This document shows, piece after piece, positions 19,578 through 30,300 of a stretch of DNA of 64,000 nt (position 1 is the stretch's first letter; each line of letters begins with the position of its first letter). The notes under the pieces were generated by a model that saw nothing but the letters and a program-made list of their open reading frames with translations, ran no database searches and had not been told where the DNA came from. This stretch comes from a virus (taxonomy: Duplodnaviria > Caudoviricetes). Made by a program: the position numbers and the translations under genes. The stretch is from IMG/VR virus record IMGVR_UViG_2974613666_000001, positions 81,401 through 145,400 of that record; one strand, given 5' to 3'.

Positions 19578-21020
19578 TTAAAAAATATTTAGTTGTTTCA
19601 TTGCCCGACTCGCGCCTACAAATACTGTGCGATTTCTGCGATCAGGGTCACGTCTATCGAATCTAATATCATGCCAGTAGTTGACGTACATCACTTTGTA
19701 AGATTTACCCTGAGCGTTATATCCTGTGACAGCATAACTTGGTCTGATTGGGTCAACTAAGGACATAAAGGCTTCTTTATGGTTGTAGACTTTCCACCAG
19801 TTGAACGACTTGTAGCCAAATTCTTTAGCAGCAACGGTAATACTGTTTCCCAAATTATTTAACTTAGCTTCAAACCTTTCACGATCATATTGATCCAATA
19901 TGGTGACGTTGTGGTGAACAGGCTTGTTAAATATATCATCGTCTGGATCATATACAACAGCGTCCCAGATAATCCACTCATCTCCATCATTATCAGCTAT
20001 TTTACGTGGGTTAGCTTGCTCAATTACTAGCTGCGTTGCTGTCTGGTAAAGAGTAGTTTCTAAACCTTTGGCGGAACGTTTAACTACTCCAGTAGTAATA
20101 AATAATTCACCAGGAGTAGCAGAACGCTGATCGCCATAAGGGACGATCGCTTGGCGGACTGCAAAGTTTACTCTATCTACTATTTTGTTTCTCCAACATA
20201 CGCATCTGGTGTAATCCCAAGATTGTGCTGCTAACATCAGTTTTACCTGACGAGCGAAAGACATCACGCCTAAGTTTTCATTACCGTGAACAAAATAACC
20301 CGCACCCTTATCACCATCTGGGAAAGAGTTGGGAAATGCTGACATTATATTGAAGTTAAAGTTTTTATGCTCAACCGCTTGTTGTGCTGCTGTGATTACC
20401 TTATATATGTTGCTTCCTTCAGCGTAGCGCTCAGTTTTGGTTAATTGGTAGAAGTTGTTACCTACCATTTCTTGAGCGTAAATTGAGTTCTCGTTGGGCG
20501 GGAACAACTGGTAGATGTCCATCATCACCAGCACTTTGGCTCGATAGCTGAGATTATCGTTAATCTTTTGCATATCATATTTGCTGGACATAGATAACTC
20601 ATCCCCAAGTAGCAGTTCTACTTTCTCTAGTGGGTTGTACCTATCGCAGAAAGGGTCATTTATTGATGGTTCATCCTCAATCACAAAATCTTGACCACCA
20701 CTCTCTGTAATCACCCTCTTTTTACGAAGTGCAGATGCGATCGTGATTACGTCAGGTCTTATAGTCCCACCCTTGAAAGATTTGTTAAGGGTTTTACAGG
20801 CTGAGTTGGTTGGTGTAATTGCCAAAAACCTATCCTTATCCATGCGACTGGCAAGGGCTTCGAGTATGTATCTTGCTGTAACTGTTTTACCTGTTCCGGC
20901 TGTACCATATAACCCAATGTACTTATTTGGGCTGTTAAGAACCTGGTCAACAACAAACTCTAAAGCTTGTTGCTGCTGCCAGTTCAGCTTTATATCTGGT
21001 TTCACTTGGGTTGACTGCAT
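19578..21020 (-). CDS. Dda/RecD-like SF1B DNA helicase
   Basis: LNWQQ, GTAGTGKT, TPTN, DELSM, QLFPP, LTKTERY, YAVTGYNAQG, VGASRA. Confidence 0.85.
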   Translation of the reverse strand: MQSTQVKPDIKLNWQQQQALEFVVDQVLNSPNKYIGLYGTAGTGKTVTARYILEALASRMDKDRFLAITPTNSACKTLNKSFKGGTIRPDVITIASALRKKRVITESGGQDFVIEDEPSINDPFCDRYNPLEKVELLLGDELSMSSKYDMQKINDNLSYRAKVLVMMDIYQLFPPNENSIYAQEMVGNNFYQLTKTERYAEGSNIYKVITAAQQAVEHKNFNFNIMSAFPNSFPDGDKGAGYFVHGNENLGVMSFARQVKLMLAAQSWDYTRCVCWRNKIVDRVNFAVRQAIVPYGDQRSATPGELFITTGVVKRSAKGLETTLYQTATQLVIEQANPRKIADNDGDEWIIWDAVVYDPDDDIFNKPVHHNVTILDQYDRERFEAKLNNLGNSITVAAKEFGYKSFNWWKVYNHKEAFMSLVDPIRPSYAVTGYNAQGKSYKVMYVNYWHDIRFDRRDPDRRNRTVFVGASRAMKQLNIF

Positions 21021-21065
21021 CTCAATTATTTTATTGCCTTGGTGAAATATTTTACTTGACTTAAA

Positions 21066-21098
21066 ATATCATAGCGCTTATGCTATATTATAGTCAAG
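21066..21098. promoter_or_regulatory. Overlapping divergent promoters with operator palindrome
   Basis: Minus strand TTGACT-18 bp-TATGAT; plus strand TG-C-TATATT; TAGCG-CTTA-TGCTA at 21072-21085. Confidence 0.65.
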
Positions 21099-21121
21099 AT
21101 AAACAAACGCAACACAAGTAT

Positions 21122-23902
21122 ATGAATAGTTTTCAGGATTTACTAGCTCAACGTAAGGCACAAGTTAAGGCTATGGAAGCGATCGCTCCTAGCATGGAAG
21201 TAATACAGAATGAGATGCTATCGATTGAGGACGTTATTGACCCGATTATTTTGAAGGATGTTAAGGATTGTCTGATTGAAGATATCCGGTTCTTAGGGTC
21301 GCAGTCAGGTAAAGGTCAAGCCGTCGAGACTTTAATAAGTAATGAGATATTGCCTACAGCTTTTAGTTATGGCTTGGATGTTCCTACAGAGGGCGGTGCT
21401 GATGTTGAAGAAGAAGATAACTTACCTACACACACGCAGTACGAACCTGATGGCAATATACCCCACATCTATAATGATGGTAAGTATGAACTTACTGATA
21501 AGGATAATAACTTACTAGCTGTTGGTGACGCAACAAACTTCCCCGAAGTACCTACAGAACAGGAAGTAACTCTAGAAACTACGGAAATCACACCTGAAAC
21601 AGTCGTAGGCACTAACCCGCAAATAGATGCGGCAAACAACACACGCAATGCTGGCTTATTAGATGTCGTCACTACTGGTTTAGTACCTACAAATAGACCT
21701 CGGACTGTCTTTGATACACAACCAAAAGATATAACAATTGGTTGTCATGTGTATGATAAAAATACTTACGAAACAGGGATAGTAGTTGAATGCCCACACG
21801 AGGATGCTAAAGACGAAACAGATAAAAATGGACATTACCTAGTTAACACTGGTCAGCCTTACGTTTGGGTTTCTTTAGATGGGACTGACAATATCGTGGC
21901 TGTGTTTGTGAATGCTTTACAACTGCTAGTAGACCAGACCATAGTTGAAGCTAGTACAGTGCAAGTTGAAAGCAGTAACACACCAACTATTACAAGCACA
22001 AACCTAACAACTGAGGAAGATAAACCAACCAAGCGCAATAAGCGCCGTACTCAAAAGCAGTTTGATTGCCTTGTAAACAAGTTGTCCGAGGAGTTGCCTA
22101 GAGTTCAAACTATCTGGGAATTTGAAGAATTAAAGACTCAAATCGAAGAGTTTACAGGGGATGGTAAGTACACGTTACCTGATGATTTACTAGAAGATTT
22201 CAACAAGGAAGTTGAATACTGGTCTAATAAGGCTGATCAAAACATAGAAGATACTGAAGAGGTGCAGATAGAAATCTCACCAAGTATTGCAGCAGAACCT
22301 GAGCAGGAAATCACAGAAGCCCTTCAAAATACACAGGTGGATGAGTCCCAACCTGAACTTAATGTTGAACAAGCATTCATCAGTAGATTAACCAGCAACT
22401 TGTCTGAAACAGGTAGTGGTGATTTGTGGGAGGAAATACGCCAACATTATGGTAGTGTATCCGCAATTCCTGAGATGATAGCTGAGGCTTTCTCCAAGTT
22501 CTATGATGAACTACAAGCCCGATTAAGCGATGATGATGACGGGGAGGAGTTAGAAATCTATGAGGGTTATATCCCTGAAGAAGAGGAACTAGCAACTGAA
22601 GAACCTCAAGCACCTGAAGTAGCAGCCACTGTAGAACAAACTTCAGAGAGAACGGTTGAAGATAAGAACCTGGAATGGCAAGAGGCGATCGCGTCAGCAA
22701 AGGAAACAGATTTAGCAGCGTGGGATGTATGGGTTACAAATCAGTTAAATGACCGTAACCCCGAAATACTACCAGCAACTTACCAAGCACTACAATCAGC
22801 TAAAGCTAAGTTTACACCTGTTATAGAGAAGCCGGAATCAGTAGCGGTTACTGCACCAGCCACCAAATATTCGGCTGATGAAGCGGCAAACTTAAACAAA
22901 ATTTGGTTAGAATCTGCTGAAAAAGTAGCGAGCAGTGAAAGCTATACTAAAGAAGACGTGGACTACATCTGGGCAGCAATCAGAGTTTCCGATATTGATC
23001 GCACATTGCTTTCCATGCAGTTAATCAATAAGCTGACTTTCTTGCAGAATAACGTACCAGCACCTAAAGCTGTTGAAACCGTAGCACCGGTAAAAGAGGC
23101 TCAAGCGGCTGTGGTTGAACAAGTAGAAGTTACACCTCAACCAGTGGCAACCGTAGCTGAAACACCTGTACAGGAAACTCAGCCAGAACCAACTAAACCT
23201 GCATTTAGCTTATTTGGTGGTATCAAAATTCAGAAGTCTATAGCTGAAGTTGCCAGTGATGAAACCAGTAATGAACCTGAACAAGTAACTGAGGAAGTAG
23301 CGAGAGAATCAATAACGCCTAATTTCGTGGCAACAGTAAACCCACAACCGCAGCAACAGCCAACTGCTACAAATGAGACAGCTAAAACAGCAGTTAACTT
23401 CAATATGGCTAACTTTGGTGGAGGTGGGATAAAGCGATCGTCTGCAACTGTAGCTACTGAGTTATCAGAAACCGAAGGGAATACAGCACCTGTTTTTGAA
23501 GGGATTCGAGTGACCCAAAATGTGAAATTCCAAGCGTACCCAGCAGGAAGCGGTACTGAGCCGATAGCGCGTGACAGTAGGGAATATATTATCCCAGTCG
23601 GTACTCTTGGTCTGCACCCTAAGACAGATAGCCTCTTTGTAGTTGTTACCTGGGAGGAAGCATTAGACAACAATGCAGCTATCAAGGAAACACTAGATAT
23701 AGAGTCAACAAAAGATAACTTCACAGTTATACCTGTGAAGTTTACAGAACCAACACCACAATGCTACCTACCTTTACCTCCTGAAGAATGCTGCGTGATA
23801 GATGCTGCTGAGTTTGAAAGGATTAGAAGCATTCAACAGAAATGGATAGATGCCCTATCAAATGGTAAAGCCCCATTCGATGACGACGACGTTCCCTTCT
23901 AA
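21122..23902 (+). CDS. Large acidic, low-complexity protein with SSB-like C-terminal tip
   Basis: E/T/P/A-rich; ends PFDDDDVPF; start probably MNSFQ at 21122, because the longer start overlaps the promoter. Confidence 0.65.
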   Translation: MNSFQDLLAQRKAQVKAMEAIAPSMEVIQNEMLSIEDVIDPIILKDVKDCLIEDIRFLGSQSGKGQAVETLISNEILPTAFSYGLDVPTEGGADVEEEDNLPTHTQYEPDGNIPHIYNDGKYELTDKDNNLLAVGDATNFPEVPTEQEVTLETTEITPETVVGTNPQIDAANNTRNAGLLDVVTTGLVPTNRPRTVFDTQPKDITIGCHVYDKNTYETGIVVECPHEDAKDETDKNGHYLVNTGQPYVWVSLDGTDNIVAVFVNALQLLVDQTIVEASTVQVESSNTPTITSTNLTTEEDKPTKRNKRRTQKQFDCLVNKLSEELPRVQTIWEFEELKTQIEEFTGDGKYTLPDDLLEDFNKEVEYWSNKADQNIEDTEEVQIEISPSIAAEPEQEITEALQNTQVDESQPELNVEQAFISRLTSNLSETGSGDLWEEIRQHYGSVSAIPEMIAEAFSKFYDELQARLSDDDDGEELEIYEGYIPEEEELATEEPQAPEVAATVEQTSERTVEDKNLEWQEAIASAKETDLAAWDVWVTNQLNDRNPEILPATYQALQSAKAKFTPVIEKPESVAVTAPATKYSADEAANLNKIWLESAEKVASSESYTKEDVDYIWAAIRVSDIDRTLLSMQLINKLTFLQNNVPAPKAVETVAPVKEAQAAVVEQVEVTPQPVATVAETPVQETQPEPTKPAFSLFGGIKIQKSIAEVASDETSNEPEQVTEEVARESITPNFVATVNPQPQQQPTATNETAKTAVNFNMANFGGGGIKRSSATVATELSETEGNTAPVFEGIRVTQNVKFQAYPAGSGTEPIARDSREYIIPVGTLGLHPKTDSLFVVVTWEEALDNNAAIKETLDIESTKDNFTVIPVKFTEPTPQCYLPLPPEECCVIDAAEFERIRSIQQKWIDALSNGKAPFDDDDVPF

Positions 23903-23961
23903 ATAACTTGGGGAGTGTAAAACTCCCCCTGTACTTTGCACACTTAACCCACATAAGAACA

Positions 23962-24138
23962 ATGTCAGATAAACAACTTGAAGACCATAGCCTGAGTGTT
24001 GCTTTTTTTAAATTACGAGTGGCGGAAATGCCAGATAATGAAGTGCGAGAAAGTCTAATTAATTTGTACCGGGAAATGTTGATCAAAGAAAATCAGCACA
24101 AGATAAATTTAGCTAAAGCTTGGGGAATTGGAAGTTAA
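23962..24138 (+). CDS. nblA: NblA-like phycobilisome degradation adaptor
   Basis: 58 aa; F...V..M...EV.E.LI.LY.EM...EN.....L...WGI matches the NblA helix-loop-helix pattern. Confidence 0.7.
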   Translation: MSDKQLEDHSLSVAFFKLRVAEMPDNEVRESLINLYREMLIKENQHKINLAKAWGIGS

Positions 24139-24143
24139 AAGCA

Positions 24144-24174
24144 AAAGCGCTCTAATTACTAAACTAGAGCGCTT
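24144..24174. terminator. Bidirectional terminator
   Basis: aagcgctcta...tagagcgctt between convergent genes. Confidence 0.65.
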
Positions 24175-24202
24175 CTTAAACTATTAAATTCAATCCAAAA
24201 AC

Positions 24203-24391
24203 CTATTTACCTGCATGACGACGGACGATCGCTTGCACAGTATTCTGAGCTATGCGTGGTAATCCTTGCGTTAAAATTGATAATTCATAATATTCTTGAT
24301 TTTCAATTGCTTCCCCAATATATCTGGCGTTATCAAAACCGCCGAATAGTCCAACGTGTTGCATACATTCTTGAACTGGTGATAATCTCAT
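24203..24391 (-). CDS. Hypothetical protein
   Basis: AGGTAAAACAG RBS; upstream TTGACA-16 bp-TAATAT promoter. Confidence 0.6.
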   Translation of the reverse strand: MRLSPVQECMQHVGLFGGFDNARYIGEAIENQEYYELSILTQGLPRIAQNTVQAIVRRHAGK

Positions 24392-24465
24392 CTGTTTTAC
24401 CTTTAATGTGCTGCCTGTTCTTTTATATTACCAAGGCAGTTTTGTTTGTCAACACTTAAATTGAT

Positions 24466-24620
24466 TTGACACTCCCCTGCCTAAAGGCGAGGGGATTCTG
24501 TAATCTACCTCGTCACTTGCTCTAATAGGCTTTCGCCTAAAAGAGTAGCGGCCACGAGTCCTACAGCGTTACTTTGGGAATGCCCTTCCCTAGCTTGTCT
24601 TGCAAGATTCAAAATGTTAA
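24466..24620 (-). ncRNA. Predicted omega/reRNA scaffold of TnpB; 5' boundary approximate
   Basis: Known TnpB architecture: the scaffold overlaps the tnpB 3' end and the right end; predicted guide begins ATCAATTTAAGTGTTGAC. Confidence 0.55.
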
Positions 24621-25689
24621 TTGCTGCATTTTCATCCCTATGCAAACTACATCCACAATTACAAACATGGGTGCGCGTTGATAGGGATTTTTTAACGATA
24701 GCATCACAGTTTGAACATTTTTGTGATGTGTAATGTGGTGCTACAGCAATGGCTAATTTACCAAATTTACCAGCAAAATACTCAATCCATTGCCGAAACA
24801 AATACCAGCTAGCGTCAGCAATTGACTTAGCTAAACAATGATTTTTGAGTAAATTACGCACTCGTAAGTCTTCATAGGCTACTAAGTCGTTAGACTTGCA
24901 CACGTTACGCGCTATTCTCTTAGCGTGTTCATTCCGTTGCCTACTTATTCTCAAATGCTTTCTGGCAAATATAGCTCTAGCTTTTTTACGTCCTGACGAA
25001 CCTTTTTTCTTTTTGTAAATGCGTCTTTGAGCGTGTTTGATTTTTGACTCAGCCTTTCTCAAAAACTTGGGATTAGCCTCTTGATGTCCGTTTGAGTCTG
25101 TGTAAAAGCTCTGAATTCCAACGTCTAAACCAATTTCATTACCTGCCAATGGTTGAATGTCTAAAACCTCAACATCAATACAAAATTGACAGTAATAGCC
25201 ATCAGCACGGCGTACCAATCTAACACGCTTAATTGATTTAACCGGGTAAGTTTCAATATCCCACTTACCCAGCAATTTCAACTCACCAATACCTTTTTTG
25301 TCAGTAATGGTAATACGGCGTTGAGTTTGGTTTAGCTTCCAACCTGATGTTTTATACTCAACCGAGCGATTATCATGCTGAAATCTTGGATACCCTTTTT
25401 TACCTGATACTTTCTTTTTACAATTTTCGTAAAACCTTGATATTGCTAACCATGCTCTTTCGGCTGATGATTGCACTGCCATTGAATTTAAGTTAGCCAC
25501 AAATTTAAATTCGTTGCGTAGTTCCGTTGAATACTTATTGAGCGCAAATCTATCAATTTTCAACTCTCTTGGTGCATCCATCCAATACCTCAAACACTTA
25601 TTTCTAATGAATTGAGTTGTTTTGATGGCTTCCTCAATAGCTAAGTATTGTAGTTTTTTGGCTTTGACTTTATACTCTAGAACTAGCAA
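24505..25689 (-). CDS. tnpB: RNA-guided endonuclease TnpB
   Basis: RuvC motifs GLDVG, AYEDL and HRDENAA are intact; zinc ribbon CSNC...CNC. Confidence 0.95.
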   Translation of the reverse strand: MLVLEYKVKAKKLQYLAIEEAIKTTQFIRNKCLRYWMDAPRELKIDRFALNKYSTELRNEFKFVANLNSMAVQSSAERAWLAISRFYENCKKKVSGKKGYPRFQHDNRSVEYKTSGWKLNQTQRRITITDKKGIGELKLLGKWDIETYPVKSIKRVRLVRRADGYYCQFCIDVEVLDIQPLAGNEIGLDVGIQSFYTDSNGHQEANPKFLRKAESKIKHAQRRIYKKKKGSSGRKKARAIFARKHLRISRQRNEHAKRIARNVCKSNDLVAYEDLRVRNLLKNHCLAKSIADASWYLFRQWIEYFAGKFGKLAIAVAPHYTSQKCSNCDAIVKKSLSTRTHVCNCGCSLHRDENAAINILNLARQAREGHSQSNAVGLVAATLLGESLLEQVTR

Positions 25690-25732
25690 CTTGACTCACC
25701 CCCTTGCTTTGCTTATATTATATTTAGTATAA

Positions 25733-25939
25733 GTGAATGTTCTGATTATGTCAACAGGAAAAGGTAAGAAAAGGGTAAAAAATACACCTGTTTTATACAA
25801 TGAAATAAAGAAGAAAAGAGGCGTTATGCTCACAGATACCGCTTGGTATTCTGTGCAAGAATTAGCCGCAAAAAATGACGTAAGCGCTAGTGAATATTTA
25901 GAGGCGATGATTAGAAAATATTGCACCACAGAGGCGTAA
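25733..25939 (+). CDS. Ribbon-helix-helix (CopG-like) protein inside the IS, divergent from tnpB
   Basis: KKRGVMLTDTAWYSVQELA...SASEYLEAMIR. Confidence 0.65.
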   Translation: MNVLIMSTGKGKKRVKNTPVLYNEIKKKRGVMLTDTAWYSVQELAAKNDVSASEYLEAMIRKYCTTEA

Positions 25940-26677
25940 ACGCCTCCAGGCAGCTTTCATCCCTTGCCTAAAGTACGGAATACGGTGCTACGCACCTGTT
26001 CCTCAAGGGTTTTCAGCCTGCCTTCCTTATAAATAGGAAAAGACCAATGTACTGCAAAATTCAAAATGAACCTTTATCAGAAATAATACCTTATTGGCAA
26101 GTAACCCCGAGGCACAGCGAGCGCGGGAAAGAAGGTAGTACGTGGGACATCTCACGGTAATCGATTAAGAGCTAGACCGAATCAGATTGGTGTGGAGTAT
26201 GAGTCTTTTACAGAGCGGTAAATTAGTAACGACCAAATAGTATATTTAGAAATAGTATAAGCACATTTATAATAATTTGGGCTTAAGTAGCTTTATTAAT
26301 CAGGTTTACTTATACCTATAAAACACACGAAACAGGTGAAATATTGATGAATACCCCAACCTTACAGCTTGTTAATCAGTGCATCGGTTAAGCAGTATAC
26401 TGAAAAAGTTTGATTAATCGGCTAAGGCAATCTCAGAAAAATAGGGTTAGAGTAGAAATATGTCACCAGTCGTAGGTGATACGTTTCACAATCTTTTAGT
26501 AAATCCTGGGTGTTGCTATGTCTATTTATACTTATATCAAGCCGTTCTATACTGAACTTTCCATAAATATGCAAAAAAATATCACCTGTTTGTCTGCTAC
26601 CGTAGCCACTACAACAAAACAGGTGATATACTAAAGGAAGTAATAATTTAAATATGAGTCTATGAGTCGAGTATATC

Positions 26678-27379
26678 ATGTTTATTGACGATATCGCAAC
26701 AATAGTCGAATTAATCTATCAGGAACCAGTACAACAACTGATAGACACCTCCATAAACTTCTTCCGCGTCTCTGAGATAGGTTGGGATAAGAAAACCCAT
26801 AAAGAGAAAGAAGTTCATAGAAATATTTACATAGTAGGTAAGTTTGCAAACCCAAACCTACAAACCAAATTTACAGATATTGCCAATGGTGGTAAATCTT
26901 CGCCTAAAACTGGCAAGTTCAAGAACCTGCTTACATCTTGGGAGGAAGTTCAAGATTGGTTATACGAACAGCGAGAAGTTGGTGGTATACCGTTTGCAAT
27001 CTTCAATGGACATAACCAAGGAACAAGGGCTGAAGATATAACTCACGGACGACTATTTCACGTTGAGAATGATGATGGGGCAGATATTGAGACTAAAAAG
27101 GATGAGTGGAAAGTTTTTGGACTACCTGCCCCATCATTACAAATAAGTACAGGTAATAAGTCAGTTCACCACTACTACATTTTCAACACGGATTACAAAG
27201 GCATAACGATGGAACGGATATATGAGATAAAAGCTCAGATAGTTCGTAGGTGTGGTTTTGATGGTTATGCAGATGGACACGTAGAAGGTTTTAAAAAGTT
27301 CAAAGTCCAGTCATATAGACTTCCTGGGTTTGCTCACAGAAAATCAGATAAAGCGGGGGAATTGATTCATGTTGTATAA
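26678..27379 (+). CDS. RepB-type DNA primase domain
   Basis: FHVENDD, GLPAPSLQISTGNKSVHHYY, RLPGF.H motifs. Confidence 0.7.
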   Translation: MFIDDIATIVELIYQEPVQQLIDTSINFFRVSEIGWDKKTHKEKEVHRNIYIVGKFANPNLQTKFTDIANGGKSSPKTGKFKNLLTSWEEVQDWLYEQREVGGIPFAIFNGHNQGTRAEDITHGRLFHVENDDGADIETKKDEWKVFGLPAPSLQISTGNKSVHHYYIFNTDYKGITMERIYEIKAQIVRRCGFDGYADGHVEGFKKFKVQSYRLPGFAHRKSDKAGELIHVV

Positions 27380-30300
27380 TATCTCGGACTTTTCCCAACA
27401 GCTTTTTAATAACCCTGAAGTGACTCCCCTCGGATCTTACAAGAGTTCAATTAATGAATCAAAGCAAGCTAACTATAATCCAGGCTTTGTTCCCGGTAAG
27501 GACTTAATATTTGATGCCCCAAACGTTCAACCACGGGAACTACTTGGTACAGCAGAATGGTTAGAGCGCTTCTACCCTTATGAATCATTAGAGGCTCTGC
27601 AAGCTAAGTCAAAAGCAAAAGTTGAGAGAACAGCAGCAGAAGCTCTAGAACGTAAACTAGAACGGGAACGCCGCACTAAGGAACTTTCAGCCCAGCAGCT
27701 AGAAAGAAAGAAGCAAATCCTAGACAGCACTGAGCTATCAGTTAAAAATCTAGTTTACAAATCAACCCTAGCTGAAATAGAAAATGGTACTCCTGACGGT
27801 GGGGGACGATCGCACTTAAGAGCATTTGCAATAGCAGCTAACGTAGTTGAAGCAGAGAAGTGTGCTGCTGCTGCGGGTATTGCACTCGTTGACACTGCTG
27901 AACAAGTATTTGAGGAATGGATTAACAATACTTTCACGGCTACAGAAAAAGACAAAATTGATAAAGTTTGGGGCTTTTTCCGTGATAGACAAGAAGACAC
28001 AACATTTAAACCAAAACAAACAGAATACTTAGAAGATTTACTCGCTAGACGTGCGGATAAACAACTAGGTGCTGATGTAGTTGAGCATTTATTACACGGT
28101 CGCAACTTTGAGCATTTATTAGAAGCTTCTAGTCGTGGTCTGGTTCTCCCGGTTAACAAAGAAATTGACATCAGTAAGTTACCCGTTCTTTTTGATACCA
28201 ATAAGCAGGGGTGGGGTAATGTAGTTAGCTACACGACTGAAACGAGTCTAATATATGTCACAAGTTCCCCTACTTACGCTCAAAAGCTTTTAAAGAGGGG
28301 TACGATATATGGTGTTGTTTTATTTGATGATAGCACCCCCAGTGTATTAGTACACCAGTTCCTTGAGTCAGTACACTTAAATAAAATTCAACTCGTAGTT
28401 GATATGGAAGCTCCCAACTGCGATCGCTTGTTGGCTGCTAAATTACGTTCTGGACATTACAGTGAGTTGTGTGAAAACGCACGTAATAAGAAAGAGGGTA
28501 GTAAAAAGTTAAACATCTACAAACCTGAAGTAGTTGTAGTTGATCGGGAGATGATTGTCTGGGGCGCACAATATTACTGGCAACGTCAAACAGCAGCAGT
28601 TACAGCCGAGTTGGTTGGTAGCCGTAAAGATAAAGACGCTGTTATCTACGGTTTTACTGGTAACGAAAGGTATTTCTCAGATATAGTCGCTAAATGTGAA
28701 ACAACAGCTAAGAACCGTAAGCTGCTTGGATTCGTATCTGAAATGGGTACAGGTAAAACCGAAGTATTAGCCCGTGTAACAAGCAACTGGGATTCCAGAT
28801 TGACACTGGCGATCGCTCACCGTGAGTTACTTACCAAGCAAGCCGCACATCGTTTAGGTCTGGTTTACTACAAGGATAAAGACCAGAACGCCAAAGATAA
28901 ATATCAAAGCGCACTAGTAAGAGGGCTGGCAATTACAGCTAACACCTTAGTACAAGGCGGACGTGACCAAGCTGGTTACTTACCAGATTTCAAGATTGAT
29001 GATTGGGCTAAGGCACGCGTAGTAATTGATGAAGCTGAATCCTTCATGAAATATCTTATGGAGTCGGGGACTTTAGTTGAAAACCGTCAAGGTGCGATCG
29101 AGTATTTCATCAAACTAATCAAGACTGTAATTGCTGGTGGTGGTCAAGTGATTTTATCTGATGCCAACCTCAGAACATCAACAATCCAGTTCTTTGAAAA
29201 GATTGCTTGTGAAGCTTTAGGGCGTGATTGGGATAGTGAAACAAAGTCGGCTGATTTTAACTGCTACATAATCCATAACAGTTACAAAAAATTTACCCAA
29301 CGTAAGCTGACGGTTATTGACTCTCCTGAAGCAGCAGTTTCTGAAATGATGCGACGTGTTGAGGCTTCTGAGAAAATCCTGTACTTCACAGACGTTAAAG
29401 CACCCTCCAAAAAGAATTACTTCAGCACCCAATCATTAGGGATGTTTTGCCGAGAAGTTCAAAAGTTAGGACACCTAATTGACGCTGACACTAGAGGGTT
29501 TACAGATGATGTTGATCATAAAATCCTAGAATCTCTACACACCCTAATTAAACACTCACCTAAAATTATCATTGCCGTGTCACCTGTAATCGACTCAGGA
29601 ACAGACTGGAATAACTTAGGTATGAACAGCGTCTGGGCATCTTACACGGGCATCATGGGACTGGACAGCACACTACAGCAGCTAGAACGTGTACGCGACG
29701 ATATCCCACGTTTCCTGAGTGCTGCTAAACGCACAGGAATGGGAATGTCCCACGGCGATATCACAAACCTTCAAGCTAAGTTAGACGCGATCGCCGAGGG
29801 TTACTCTAAAGTTATTCCTAAACTGGTTGATACTTGGGCTGAGTACAGCACCCTGAATAAACAAGAATGTGATGAGCGTTTGGCTGAGTTGTTCCCCAAA
29901 CTGAATCAACACATCCTTGATTGGTGGCAAGAGTCATTACTTGAAAGCTACTATGCCGGGCAAGAGTTCCGCATCAACTTGGTGGCCAGACTACAGGAGA
30001 AAGGCTACTCGGTTGAGTATAAAACCTACAAAGTTGATCAAGAGGTAATTGACAACCTCAAAGATTATGGTGACAAACAACGAGAACTCAAATATAAGGA
30101 AGTTGCCGAGGCTGATCTAAGCTTGCTAGATAATCTTGAGCCAAACCAAGACACCATGCTAAAAACCCAAGCAAGAGCTAAGGATCTAAAATCCTGCTTA
30201 TATGCTATGGGTATTGATGCTGAACAATGGAAATCACAATTTGATGGTGAGGGAAGAATTGAACTGGTAAGGCGATCGCTTGGTAGAAAGTCTAAGTTCC

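Larger units (their letters stand above)
24466..26028 (-). mobile_element. IS200/IS605-family (IS1341-like, tnpA-less) element
   Basis: Right end hairpin cccctcgcctttaggcagggg followed by TCAA (24466); related left-end hairpin at 25961-26009, preceded on the minus strand by TTTAT (26029-26033). Confidence 0.8.

Noticed and set aside
24505-25689. TnpB as Cas12f or as a nuclease-dead TldR regulator
   Set aside because: No CRISPR array is present, IS ends are present, and all three RuvC acidic residues are intact
25696-25929. 77-aa minus-strand ORF as a tnpA remnant
   Set aside because: No HUH or Y1 motif; it is the antisense shadow of the RHH gene
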